Shown here: positions 1-9,358 of the stretch, piece by piece | Layout: the number at the start of each line of letters is the position of its first letter | How positions within the stretch are numbered: position 1 is the stretch's first letter | Assembly: GCA_024638625.1 (NCBI GenBank) | Contig: JAHEJY010000004.1 | Location: forward strand, 1-49,637 | Length of the DNA stretch: 49,637 bases | From: Actinomycetes bacterium | GTDB taxonomy: Bacteria; Actinomycetota; Acidimicrobiia; Spongiisociales; SHLN01 | Direction of reading: 5' to 3' | The notes under the pieces: generated by a model | Databases searched by the model: none | The model's input: the letters and a program-made list of their open reading frames with translations, nothing else | Told to the model about the DNA's origin: nothing | Made by a program: the position numbers and the translations under genes

Positions 1-682
1 GGCCGTGATAGGCCGTGGGTTGGGTGGCACCGCCGGCTTCGAGCCCTGCTTTGAGTTCTTGCCACACTCCGACGTTGTTCAGCTCGTCACTCGGACCGCC
101 GGAGATCGAGTAGTAGTCGCCGCCGAAGACCCACATCCCAATCGCGGGATGGCTTGCGTAGCGGCTGGCCAAGAACGATCCGTAGCTACGAGCGTTTGAG
201 GTCGTCAGGGGGGCGTTCCCGCCGTTGTGATAGGCACCGGAGTTCCCCACGTACTTCTGCGCCCAACCGACGACCATGCCCACATCGAGATTGTGGTTGG
301 CGGCGGCGGTGAGAATGTGGTCGATGTGGTCGAAGTAGGAGCTATTCGGGCTGCCGAAGCTCGCCATCTTTTGACCGTGTTGATTCGGCTCATCCAGAAG
401 CTGGCCTGAGATGGGAGCAACCGATATCCAGACACCGGTGAACCCCGCATTCGACAGGTGCTGCATATAGGCGTCGAGCTCGCTGTCGATGGAACGAACC
501 GGCAATTCCCACGCCGTGTCGTACACGTCGAAATGGTTCGAAGCGCGAGCGGTTGGAGTCGGGACCAACAGCGCTACGGCTACAACAGCGATTCCCAGGC
601 AGGCGAAGGCACCCGCCGTCCAGCGATGTGTGGCCCACCCTGGCAGGGCGGCTATGGCGGCCGTCAGCGAACGGCGCTTCAT
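1..682 (-). CDS. Secreted DUF4038/apiosidase-like (GH140-related) glycoside hydrolase domain protein; runs off the left end of the window
   Basis: Manually translated frame missing from the ORF track: MKRRSLTAAIAAL...AVVAVALLVPTPTARA (signal peptide-like), then VYDTAWEL, GFTGVWI, YFDHIDHI, MWVFGGD, typical of DUF4038 proteins. AAGGGGA RBS upstream. Confidence 0.65.
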   Translation of the reverse strand, partial: MKRRSLTAAIAALPGWATHRWTAGAFACLGIAVVAVALLVPTPTARASNHFDVYDTAWELPVRSIDSELDAYMQHLSNAGFTGVWISVAPISGQLLDEPNQHGQKMASFGSPNSSYFDHIDHILTAAANHNLDVGMVVGWAQKYVGNSGAYHNGGNAPLTTSNARSYGSFLASRYASHPAIGMWVFGGDYYSISGGPSDELNNVGVWQELKAGLEAGGATQPTAYHG

Positions 683-690
683 GAAGTTCC

Positions 691-907
691 CCTTTACCTG
701 ACCAGCCTTTTACCTGACCAGCCTTTTACCTGACCAGCGCTCTACCTAACCAGCCCTTACCGGAACAATCCTTTCAAACCAGCCTTGTCAAACCAGCCTT
801 GTCAAACCAGTCTTGTCAAACCAGTCCTGTCAAACCAGTCCTGTCAAACCAGTCCTGTCAAACCAGTCCTGTCAAACCAGTCCTGTCAAACCAGTCCTGT
901 CAAACCG
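691..907. repeat. Composite tandem repeat: ~4-5 x 16-bp TACCTGACCAGCCTTT, then 10 x 14-bp TCAAACCAG(T/C)C(C/T)TG
   Basis: 16-bp period at 695, 711, 727, 743; 14-bp period at 774, 788 ... 900; no spacers. Confidence 0.95.
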
Positions 908-1084
908 GCAGGTTCGACCCGTCGAATGTCTCCCCGAGATACCGCATACGTCCGGATCAGCACCGGTGCTGACAACGATCATTGTATTGCCGGCTGGAAC
1001 TCAATCTGATGGGTCGCAAGGCCTTTACGAGAAGCTACTCGAGCTCATTCCCGCAACATCGGCAACATCTTCAAATGGAGAACC

Positions 1085-1855
1085 TCAGGTTCCGGTGAAT
1101 CTGGGGGATCGCTTTTCTACGAAGGCTGCGACCCCTTCTTTCATATCCGACGAACCAAAGCAGGCAATCTGGGCCGCACCTTCGGCCTCGTGGGCTTGGG
1201 CCAGTGTCCGATCGAACGACGCGTTCATATTGGCTTTGACCGAGGCCAGACCGAGCGGGGCGTTGTCCGCAATGACCTCCGCCAGTGCCTGCGCCCGGGC
1301 CGGCAGGTCTTCGGCGATCTCGAGCAGCAAGCCGATCCGCAACGCTTCATCCGCGTCTACGACCCGACCCGTCATCGACAACTCCTTGGCGCGCTGGAGC
1401 CCGACATGACGCGGCAGATAGAAAGACCCCCCAAAATCGACCGTGAGGCCTCGCCTGACAAAGATTTCGGTGAACCTTGCTTCAGGCGATCCGATAACCA
1501 GGTCACAACCCAACGCCATGTTCATGCCGGCCCCCGCCGCCACGCCGTTGACGGCAGCAATCGTAGGCTTGGTGAGATCGTGCAGGGCCTGGGCCGCCCG
1601 ACCGACGGTTCGCATCGTGTCGCGCCCCCCTCCTGCAACCAGGTGGCTGATATCGGTGGGGGTCAGATCGGCACCAGCACAGAATCCCTTTCCCGCGCCG
1701 GTGAGAACGAGCACTCGCTGGTCTGACTCCTCGAATGCCTCCATGGCGGCGCGAAAGTGGTCCCAACCGTGAGGAGGTATGGCATTGAGTCGATCGGGTC
1801 GGTTGAGGGTGATCCACCGAACCATCCCTCTGTCCTCGGTGAGAAGTTCTTCCAT
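1085..1855 (-). CDS. Enoyl-CoA hydratase/isomerase family protein
   Basis: ITLNRPDRLNA, FCAGADL and KPTIAAVNGVAAGAG crotonase motifs; start taken at MEELL. Confidence 0.92.
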   Translation of the reverse strand: MEELLTEDRGMVRWITLNRPDRLNAIPPHGWDHFRAAMEAFEESDQRVLVLTGAGKGFCAGADLTPTDISHLVAGGGRDTMRTVGRAAQALHDLTKPTIAAVNGVAAGAGMNMALGCDLVIGSPEARFTEIFVRRGLTVDFGGSFYLPRHVGLQRAKELSMTGRVVDADEALRIGLLLEIAEDLPARAQALAEVIADNAPLGLASVKANMNASFDRTLAQAHEAEGAAQIACFGSSDMKEGVAAFVEKRSPRFTGT

Positions 1856-1977
1856 GGGTGATTCGTCGTTGTTCAACATCGTCCGAGGCTACCAAGTGGA
1901 ATCATCTTGCCCCGCAATCGCCTTGCGACGGCGTCCAATCGAACGAAGAGTCACGAGGACCGCCTTAGCATCGCACG

Positions 1978-2088
1978 ATGGGATTCAATCCGTTCCGGCC
2001 GACCGAACGTAAGCCTGCTGACATAGCCCTCGTGATCGTCGCGCTGGGAGTCACGCTTGCGGTGGTGATATGGGCGCTGATGGCATAG
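1978..2088 (+). CDS. Small single-TM membrane protein (36 aa, MGFNPFRPTERKPADIALVIVALGVTLAVVIWALMA)
   Basis: Below the ORF-track cutoff; one clean hydrophobic helix; TAGCAT -10 hexamer 6 nt before the ATG (leaderless-type start). Confidence 0.6.
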   Translation: MGFNPFRPTERKPADIALVIVALGVTLAVVIWALMA

Positions 2089-2279
2089 CCGCCGGTTCAA
2101 GTGTGTTCGCGATCCAGCCCTACCAGGCCACCAAGCGCTATACCTGCCCCTGGTGCTCTGGACCCATCGAGGCAGGTATCGGCCATCTGGTGGTGGTGCC
2201 TCCCGGGCGCCCGGAAGAACGACGACACTGGCACAAGGGGTGTTGGCACAAGAGCCGGCAAGGGACGATTGCGGGGTAG
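2070..2279 (+). CDS. Small Cys/His zinc-finger-like actinobacterial protein (Rv1322-like)
   Basis: YTCPWC...GHLVVVP...RRHWHKGCW pattern, typical of this conserved actinobacterial family; start uncertain. Confidence 0.65.
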   Translation: MGADGIAAGSSVFAIQPYQATKRYTCPWCSGPIEAGIGHLVVVPPGRPEERRHWHKGCWHKSRQGTIAG

Positions 2280-2292
2280 AGCCAATATCTGG

Positions 2293-3225
2293 CTAGACGA
2301 ATGGTAAAACATCGGTCGCGAGCAGCTCTATCGAATCCACGTCGTCCAATGCGTTCTGCTGGAGCATGAATCGGCTGGCACCGGCCTCGACCAGCTTCGA
2401 GATCTGATCCACGATCTCGGCTCCAGACCCGACGAGAAAACCCTCCTGCTTCCATCCTTGCGGATCGGGAGGCAGGCTCGGAAAGGTCACTCGATGCGCG
2501 TCAATATGAGCTTGCACGGCGCTATCAGACGATCCAATCGCGAACGGAATCATCATCGATCTTGCAATCTCGCCTGGATCACGACCGATGGAGCGGCAGG
2601 CTGCATCCAGGTCGGCTGATTTGTCGATGAACACGTCAATCGGAGCGTACGAGCAGTTCCACTCAGTTGCATGACGGGCCACCACGCCGAGAGTTCGTTC
2701 GCCCTTGCCTCCCATGATCAGCGTCTGGTGACGCGGCGTGGGTTGGCTCTCCGCATCCACCAGCGGATAGTAGGGGCTGCTGCGGCTGGTCTTCTCACCG
2801 CTCCAGAGAGCCCGGACGACCGCTGCCCCTTCGTCGAGGCGATCGACCCGCTCGGCGAAGCGCGGGTACCTGATACCGAACATCTCGTGCTCGCCGGCAT
2901 GCCAGCCCGCTCCCAGACCCAGGTCGAGCCGACCCTGGGACAGCTGATCCAGCGACGCTGCCATCTTCGCAACCATCACCGGATGACGAAATGTGATCGA
3001 ACATACGAGCGGTCCAAAGCGGATGCGACCGGTACGCTCAGCCAGGGCCGTCAGCGAAGGCCACAACGCCAACGATTCCCGGCCACTGATGCCCGTCAAA
3101 GCCGTGAGATGGTCGGAGCGGAAGAGTCCGCCAAAGCCCAGGGTCTCGACGGTGTCGGCTATCCGGAACCAGCGGTCCCAGGTCAGATCCTCCTGACCTT
3201 CGACCATGAGACAGATGTCAGCCAT
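2293..3225 (-). CDS. LLM-class, probably F420-dependent, oxidoreductase
   Basis: LFRSDH, RHPVMVAKMAASLDQLSQGRLDLGLGAGW luciferase-like motifs. Confidence 0.9.
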   Translation of the reverse strand: MADICLMVEGQEDLTWDRWFRIADTVETLGFGGLFRSDHLTALTGISGRESLALWPSLTALAERTGRIRFGPLVCSITFRHPVMVAKMAASLDQLSQGRLDLGLGAGWHAGEHEMFGIRYPRFAERVDRLDEGAAVVRALWSGEKTSRSSPYYPLVDAESQPTPRHQTLIMGGKGERTLGVVARHATEWNCSYAPIDVFIDKSADLDAACRSIGRDPGEIARSMMIPFAIGSSDSAVQAHIDAHRVTFPSLPPDPQGWKQEGFLVGSGAEIVDQISKLVEAGASRFMLQQNALDDVDSIELLATDVLPFV

Positions 3226-3256
3226 GACGAGACCCTACCGGCGCGCTGAGCGCCGA

Positions 3257-3592
3257 TCACGTGACGCGAGGGATCCAGTGAATCTCGACTCCTTCGGGCG
3301 TGACTCTGACACCACACAGGTCGACGCGAGCCACGGGAGGTTTGAGCTTGCTCGCCGCCCGTTTGACCTTTTCGGCTTTGTGGTCGTCAAAGGCCTCAAT
3401 GGGTTCAGCCATGATGCGGGTTTTGACCTCGACTACCGTGCACGATCGATCAGGCCATTTCACGATCAGGTCGAGCTCATCCCGGCCAACTCGACGGTTG
3501 CGATCGACGAGCGTAGCGCCGCGCCTCACGAGGAATGCCAACGCCTGGGCCTCGCCGAAGCGGGCGAGCTGTCTGCGGTCGGCGGCGATCAC
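3257..3592 (-). CDS. yraN: YraN family (UPF0102) endonuclease-like protein
   Basis: GEAQALAFL, LVDRN, ELDLI, VEVKTR; follows DUF2469 as usual. Confidence 0.8.
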   Translation of the reverse strand: MIAADRRQLARFGEAQALAFLVRRGATLVDRNRRVGRDELDLIVKWPDRSCTVVEVKTRIMAEPIEAFDDHKAEKVKRAASKLKPPVARVDLCGVRVTPEGVEIHWIPRVT

Positions 3593-3895
3593 TTAGAGAG
3601 GCGTGCCCGGCTCCAACTCCTCGATGTTGACGTCGCGGAAACTCAGCACTCGTACGTTCTGTAGAAAGCGCGCGGGCCGGTACATGTCCCACACCCAGGC
3701 GTCCTCCAATTCGAGCTCAAAATAGGTCGCTCCGTCCGATGATCTGGTGTTCAGATCTACCTTGTTCGCGAGGTAGAACCGCCGTTCGGTTTCTACGACA
3801 TACCGGAACATCGGGAGCACATCGCGGTACTCCTTATAGATTTGCAGCTCGACCTGGCTTTCATACCGTTCCAGGTCTTCCTCGTTCATGCTCAT
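3593..3895 (-). CDS. DUF2469 family protein
   Basis: EDLERYE...LYKEYRDV-like segment, YVVETERRFYLAN, DAWVWDMYRPARF. Confidence 0.9.
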   Translation of the reverse strand: MSMNEEDLERYESQVELQIYKEYRDVLPMFRYVVETERRFYLANKVDLNTRSSDGATYFELELEDAWVWDMYRPARFLQNVRVLSFRDVNIEELEPGTPL

Positions 3896-3972
3896 CGAAA
3901 GTGGTCGCCCGTCAGTCCGTTGGATTAGCTCCAAATAGTTTGGCAGGTATTTGCCCCGTGTCCAGAGATCTC

Positions 3973-4788
3973 TTAGAGGCCCGACCATCGGCTGAGTGGC
4001 CACATCCGGACAAAGGCCCGCCCGATGATGTCTTCTTCTGACACCGCTCCGATTCGGCGGCTGTCCGAACTGCGGGCCCGGTTGTCACCCATGAGAAAGT
4101 ACGAACCGTCCTCGACCATGACGGGACCGAAGTTCGCCATACGCGATTCCGGTCCGAGGTAGGGCTCGTCGAGCGGCTGGCTGTCGACGTAGAGCTGATT
4201 GTCGATGATCTCGATTGTTTCGCCCGGGAGACCGATCACCCGCTTTATCACGACAGAATCCGGACTCGACAGGCCAACCGATTCAGCCACCAGCCTCACG
4301 AAGGCGTCGAGAATCGGTTCGCCACCATCGTCAGTGGACGTGTCGAACACGACGATCTGAGATCGTTCGATGTCGCCGAAGACATATGAGAGTTTGTTGA
4401 CGGCGACACGATCATTGATTTCGAGCGTATTCCGCATGGACTCGCTGGGAATGAAATAGCTCTGGAACAGAAAAGTCTTCACGATGATCGCGACGAGCAG
4501 AGCGACGAGCAGGAGAATCGGTAGCTCCTGCCACAACGGCAGTCGCTTCTTCTCTTCGGAGCGATCTTCCTTCTCGGGTTCTGCGAACGGTTCGTCATCA
4601 CCAGGCGGACGTGGATCGAAATCGAACTTCTCCGGTGGTGGTTCGAGCCGATACCGAACCAGGTCGGAAGCGACTTCCGCCGGCACCTCGGGTACACCGA
4701 TATGCCCGTTCGAAAGGGCTTCCGAAGGTTTCGGCAAAGAGGTGGCCGATGGATCAGATCGGGCGGGAGGTTCGGACAAGGACGACAT
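3973..4788 (-). CDS. lepB: Signal peptidase I
   Basis: TM helix, IPSESM (catalytic Ser), IKRVIGLPG (Lys), GDNR..S.DSR; Pro-rich N-terminal extension, start uncertain. Confidence 0.93.
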   Translation of the reverse strand: MSSLSEPPARSDPSATSLPKPSEALSNGHIGVPEVPAEVASDLVRYRLEPPPEKFDFDPRPPGDDEPFAEPEKEDRSEEKKRLPLWQELPILLLVALLVAIIVKTFLFQSYFIPSESMRNTLEINDRVAVNKLSYVFGDIERSQIVVFDTSTDDGGEPILDAFVRLVAESVGLSSPDSVVIKRVIGLPGETIEIIDNQLYVDSQPLDEPYLGPESRMANFGPVMVEDGSYFLMGDNRARSSDSRRIGAVSEEDIIGRAFVRMWPLSRWSGL

Positions 4789-4845
4789 GAGGGCCAAGCC
4801 TATCGGAATGCTCGACGAAGGTACGGCTACCAACGGCAGGTCTGG

Positions 4846-5187
4846 TCAGCGTTTTTCTTTGATACGCGTTGCCTTGCCGACCCGGTCACGAAGGTAGTAC
4901 AGCTTTGCTCTCCGTACGGCCCCGCGACGAACAACCTCAATGCTGGAAATGATCGGGGCATGGAGTGGGAAGATTCGTTCGACCCCCACGCCGAACGCGA
5001 CTTTCCGGACCGTGATCGTCTCGCGGAGGCCACCCCCGTCGCGAGCAATGACAACCCCCTCGAAAGCCTGGACGCGTTCCCGGCCCGCCTCGACCACGCG
5101 CACGTTGACCCGCACGGTATCGCCGGGGTTGATGTCGGGCAGATCGTCGCGGAGAAACCGCGATTCAACGTTGTCGAGTTTGTTCAT
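4846..5187 (-). CDS. rplS: 50S ribosomal protein L19
   Basis: GDTVRV...[11 protein letters not shown]...GVGVERIFP...[10 protein letters not shown]. Confidence 0.98.
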   Translation of the reverse strand: MNKLDNVESRFLRDDLPDINPGDTVRVNVRVVEAGRERVQAFEGVVIARDGGGLRETITVRKVAFGVGVERIFPLHAPIISSIEVVRRGAVRRAKLYYLRDRVGKATRIKEKR

Positions 5188-5277
5188 CGGACTGCCTCAG
5201 GACGGTGAGCGGCTGAAGCATACCCTGGAATTCGACGCCTGGCGAGCACGATCGATCCATTTCCTATGGGAGGTGTT

Positions 5278-5970
5278 TTATGTTCCCGAGTCGTCGACCC
5301 GGCGGTCTTGCTGCCACAGATCCGGACGGCGCACCCTGGTCCGCTCGTCCCTCTGGGTTGCTCGCCACGCCTCAACTGCGCCATGATCACCAGACAACAG
5401 CACCTCCGGAACACTCCAGTCGAGATACCTGGCGGGCCGGGTGTAGTGCGGCTCCTCGAGTAGTCCGTTCGAGAAAGATTCATGTACCGGTGATTCCGGG
5501 TTACCCACGGCTCCCGGAATCAGCCGCCCGACGCCCTCGAGAATCGCCAGAGCGCCAACCTCACCACCCATCACGACAAAATCACCCAGAGATACCTCTT
5601 CGTCTACCAGATGTTCGGCGACGCGTTGGTCGACACCCTCGTAGCGGCCGCAAACCAGGGTGATCGATGCTTTGGCCGACCATGACTGGAGGTGTGACTG
5701 GGTCAACCGTTCTCCGGCCGGTGCCAGCAGGATCTTATGGGAATCGGGCAGGACCGACAGGGCCTCGGCGATGGGTCCGACCATCATGACCATCCCCGCT
5801 CCTCCGCCGAATGGAGCGTCGTCGACCTGGCGGTGCTTTCCCACTCCATAGTGGCGAAGATCGATGAGATTGACCTCGATCGTGGCTTCGGTGATTGCTT
5901 TGGCCATGAGACTTGTGCGCAGCGGAGAGGTGAAAAACTCGGGAAAGAGGGTGATGATGTTGAACTGCAC
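5278..5970 (-). CDS. trmD: tRNA (guanine37-N1)-methyltransferase
   Basis: GTG start VQFNIITLFPE; VDDAPFGGGAGMVM, CGRYEGVD, SLGDFV. Confidence 0.96.
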   Translation of the reverse strand: MQFNIITLFPEFFTSPLRTSLMAKAITEATIEVNLIDLRHYGVGKHRQVDDAPFGGGAGMVMMVGPIAEALSVLPDSHKILLAPAGERLTQSHLQSWSAKASITLVCGRYEGVDQRVAEHLVDEEVSLGDFVVMGGEVGALAILEGVGRLIPGAVGNPESPVHESFSNGLLEEPHYTRPARYLDWSVPEVLLSGDHGAVEAWRATQRDERTRVRRPDLWQQDRRVDDSGT

Positions 5971-6018
5971 AGTCCCAGGGTATATTGGCCGGGAAGGCGC
6001 TGGAGCGAGGGAGAGAGA

Positions 6019-6717
6019 GTGGGGACCGACAGCCATAGGCGGCGGACGTCCACCGCGAGCGGTGACGTCGACCCGGGGGCGTCGACGGAACAGCCCAGCC
6101 CGATCCGACAGGCGTTGCGTGCTGCCCGCCGTGGACGGCACGTAAATCCGACGAACCAGGACCCACTCCAACCGGAATCTCCCGCAGATACGCCCAACTT
6201 TGCGCAGGAGTCCGAAGAGCTGAGGGAACCGCGCCGCGATGATGTGTTCGGGCGGCCCGATGATCCAGCTTCCTATGAACCAACCATCGACGAACCGCGG
6301 GTAGACGGATTTGAATTGACGATTGAGGACTTTGGCACTGCCTGGTCTACCACGGTGCAGGGTTGGGTGGTCGATGAGCGAGGCCATACCGTGTGGCGAC
6401 CCATCGTTACGACAACCGGTGACGTTCCGAATTGGGTGGTGGACACCACACTTGGTGTGGTCACCGGTGAGGCTGCACTCGATCTCGATGTCGGGTCAAT
6501 CCGGGAACTCCTGGTCGAGCGGGGCGGACGGAGAACCGTTGAACAACGCGTGCACCGCGATCGGGTTGCCGCCCACCAAGCGATGGTCGAGGCGGCGGTG
6601 GCCCGTGGCGCCCATGCTGTCGTCGGTGTCAGCGTGGGTTACACACCCCTCGGAGAGGTCGTATTGGTGACCGCGACCGGCACAGCTGTCACACTTCGTG
6701 CCCCGGAATACGGTTGA
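6019..6717 (+). CDS. YbjQ (UPF0145)/heavy-metal-binding domain protein with acidic N-terminal extension
   Basis: C-terminal IVTTT...LGVVTGE...GAHAVVGV...ATGTAV YbjQ signature; GTG start after a purine-rich tract is tentative. Confidence 0.7.
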   Translation: MGTDSHRRRTSTASGDVDPGASTEQPSPIRQALRAARRGRHVNPTNQDPLQPESPADTPNFAQESEELREPRRDDVFGRPDDPASYEPTIDEPRVDGFELTIEDFGTAWSTTVQGWVVDERGHTVWRPIVTTTGDVPNWVVDTTLGVVTGEAALDLDVGSIRELLVERGGRRTVEQRVHRDRVAAHQAMVEAAVARGAHAVVGVSVGYTPLGEVVLVTATGTAVTLRAPEYG

Positions 6718-6857
6718 ATCCGACCAAGAGTTTGAGTTGACACTCAAGATTGTTCGCAAGATAGCTAGCGACGCGTTAACGTAGTCGCCGCGATCAGGCC
6801 ACATTCTTGCTGGCCCTTCGACAACGTCCTCCAGGAGTGCTCAACGCACGAAAGGGA

Positions 6858-7463
6858 ATGATGCCGCGTATTCGTGCAGAGAATCTCAGCGCCCACAAGG
6901 TGCTCAATAGATCAGCCATCTTGCAGGCTGCTGAGAAGATGTTTTCAACCGAAGGTTTTCTGGCGTCGAACCTGACGGACATCGCAGACGTTGCAGGCGT
7001 TGGCCGCTCCACCATATACGAGTACTTTCCATCAAAAGATGACCTGCTGCTGGCTGTCGCCGAGAGTCGCCTCCTGCCCTTGATGAGCGCCGTCGAAGAG
7101 AGCGTGGTTTCTGCGAGCCCGATCGACGATGTCTGCAAGCTGAGTCACCTGACGATCGATTTCATGTCGGCCAACCTCGAGCTCACGCGGGTAGTCACCT
7201 GGGAAAGCAGATATCTCTCCAAGGAGTACCAGGAGCGCCTCTGGCGAACCGTCGCTCCGCTCTCGGGCAAGTTCCGAAAGCTCATCGAAGCAGGTTTGCC
7301 ATCCGAGAACGCCGAGGTCCTGGCCAAAGTCGTCTTGTTCACGTTGCGGGACGCAGGTGACATTCTGCTGCATGCAGAAGAAGACGGTTTGAAGTTCGAA
7401 GCCGTCAAAAGCACTTCGCTTGGCTTCATCAGGCGTGGATTGGGACTACCACCACTCCGCTGA
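6858..7463 (+). CDS. TetR/AcrR family transcriptional regulator
   Basis: ILQAAEKMF...DIADVAGVGRSTIYEYFPSKDDLL helix-turn-helix. Confidence 0.92.
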   Translation: MMPRIRAENLSAHKVLNRSAILQAAEKMFSTEGFLASNLTDIADVAGVGRSTIYEYFPSKDDLLLAVAESRLLPLMSAVEESVVSASPIDDVCKLSHLTIDFMSANLELTRVVTWESRYLSKEYQERLWRTVAPLSGKFRKLIEAGLPSENAEVLAKVVLFTLRDAGDILLHAEEDGLKFEAVKSTSLGFIRRGLGLPPLR

Positions 7464-7492
7464 GCCAGGCGAACGCGCCTGCCGACCGGCCG

Positions 7493-9358
7493 CTACGTGA
7501 TGTCGTGCGTTGTCACGCCCAGGGGATGGTAGAGCGTGTTGCGGAGCACAGGTTCCCGGCCTGCGCCGGCTATCGCACGCGACAGCTCCACAGCCGTCAT
7601 CTCTTCACCATGACTGGCACCGGCCGCTCGTGAGATGTTTTCGTTCATCAACGTTCCACCGAGGTCGTTGCACCCGGCCGCCAACAATCGCTGGGCACCC
7701 CTGACACCGAGCTTCACCCACGAAGCCTGAATATTGTCGATCAAGCCATCGAACGCGATCCGGGCCACGGCGTGTACAAGAACGACTTCGTCCCAGGTGG
7801 GACCCATTCGAGATCTCCCGCGCAAGAAAATCGGAGCACCCATGTGTACGAATGGCAAAGGCACCATTTCCGTGAAGCCACCCGTTCTGGCTTGGATGGT
7901 TCGAATCACCTGGAAATGATTTGCCCAATTCCTGGGGCGATCCATGTGACCGAACATGATGGTCGACGTCGCCCGAATCCCCAACCGGTGGGCCGTTTCC
8001 ATGACGAAGGACCACTGGGAAGTACGGATCTTGTCCGGACACAGTGTCCTTCGAACATCATCATCGAGGATCTCGGCCGCAGTCCCGGGGAGCGTGCCGA
8101 GACCGGCATCCTTGAGACGGGCGAGAAACGGCTCGACGCCGATCCCTAGCGTCTCGGCACCCTGCCAGACCTCCAGGGGCGTGAAACCGTGGATGTGCAT
8201 GCCCGGGATCCGCGCTTTGATCCTCTTGACGACGTCGAGATAGAACTCACCTGTGAAACCGGGATGAATCCCACCCTGCAGCGTCACCTCGGTGGCTCCC
8301 TTGTCCCAGGCCTCCTGGCTCCGATCGACAATTTCCTCGATATCGAGAAGGTAGGGATCACCCCGGAGATTGAGGGACCTGGGGCCCTTGGAGAAAGCAC
8401 AGAAACCACACTTGAAATAGCACTGGTTCGTGTAATTGATATTCCGGTTGACGACGTAGCTGACCTTGTCCCCGTTTCGAACCTGACGAAGTTGATCTGC
8501 CACGTAGGCAGTGGCATCGACATCGTTTCCTCGCGCGCCCAGCAAACGTGTCATCTCCTCAACCGACGGACGGTGCCCATCCAATGAACGTTCGAGGATC
8601 ATCCGGATGTCGGGCGAGGCACCCGATAGTGCGTCCGGTGCAGCTCCCGTGACCCAGCGCTCATCCGACCATTCCAGGGAAATCCGATGCTCAGGTACCG
8701 CCGGTGCCTCCGCTTTGCCGGGTGCCCAGTCGTATCTCGGTCTTGCGGCTCCGGACGCGTCGGTGAGGTGGAGTTGAACCGCAGCCGCTTCGGGGCTGAG
8801 TTGCGAAATGAGCTCGTCGTAGGTGACACCGAGAGGGAAAGCTGTGCGTTCGACCAGCCGACCGTCGAGAGCAGTCCGCAGGGCTCCGATACGCTCGGTG
8901 TCCCAATCTCGCAGCAACAGGTCAGCAGCCCCGGCTGCAACCGCTTCGACCGCTTCATCCACATCGTTCGCATACACCGAGACCCTGGCGGGAATCCCCG
9001 GCATCGAACAGAGAGCCGAAGCGGCCGGGACGCTCGAGCGACCGGTCCTCAAGAAACAAGCCTGGCTCCGTGCGAGCGCATCGAGTACGGCCTCAACCGC
9101 ATCGTCGTCGTGCACAATCGTGATCCGCCATCCCGCAACGCCTGACTCTGCAAGGGCGAGTGCGGCCCCCGGATCCACAACGTATCCCGGGGCCGGATCA
9201 CTCGAGTCGGAGACGACGGCCAGGATTCCTCCCGCCAGCGCCTGAGACACATGCTCGGCACCGGGAAGTTCGACGACAGTGGTCCCCTCTCGTCTGCGGG
9301 TTGCGGCTCCGAGATCGCTGATTCGATCGGCCGGGCGGATGCGAAGAAACGTGATCAT
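7493..9358 (-). CDS. cofH: FO synthase subunit CofH (radical SAM) with ~240-aa N-terminal extension
   Basis: NRNINYTNQCYFKCGFCAFS, LPGTAAEILDD, NIQASWVKLG, NDLGGTLMNENI. Confidence 0.92.
   Translation of the reverse strand: MITFLRIRPADRISDLGAATRRREGTTVVELPGAEHVSQALAGGILAVVSDSSDPAPGYVVDPGAALALAESGVAGWRITIVHDDDAVEAVLDALARSQACFLRTGRSSVPAASALCSMPGIPARVSVYANDVDEAVEAVAAGAADLLLRDWDTERIGALRTALDGRLVERTAFPLGVTYDELISQLSPEAAAVQLHLTDASGAARPRYDWAPGKAEAPAVPEHRISLEWSDERWVTGAAPDALSGASPDIRMILERSLDGHRPSVEEMTRLLGARGNDVDATAYVADQLRQVRNGDKVSYVVNRNINYTNQCYFKCGFCAFSKGPRSLNLRGDPYLLDIEEIVDRSQEAWDKGATEVTLQGGIHPGFTGEFYLDVVKRIKARIPGMHIHGFTPLEVWQGAETLGIGVEPFLARLKDAGLGTLPGTAAEILDDDVRRTLCPDKIRTSQWSFVMETAHRLGIRATSTIMFGHMDRPRNWANHFQVIRTIQARTGGFTEMVPLPFVHMGAPIFLRGRSRMGPTWDEVVLVHAVARIAFDGLIDNIQASWVKLGVRGAQRLLAAGCNDLGGTLMNENISRAAGASHGEEMTAVELSRAIAGAGREPVLRNTLYHPLGVTTHDIT

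Noticed and set aside
785-1409. ORFs with SNQSCQTSPVKPVL repeats (785-1009, 813-1409); also the WFVHD/VRSRL repeat ORFs near 41.8-42.3 kb
   Set aside because: Translations of stop-free tandem repeats that overlap real genes on the opposite strand.
5971-6387. Long N-terminal extensions of trmD (also mutM, rsmD, ffh, DUF2469) in the ORF track
   Set aside because: Family-typical starts lie downstream (often GTG) and most extensions overlap neighbouring genes.
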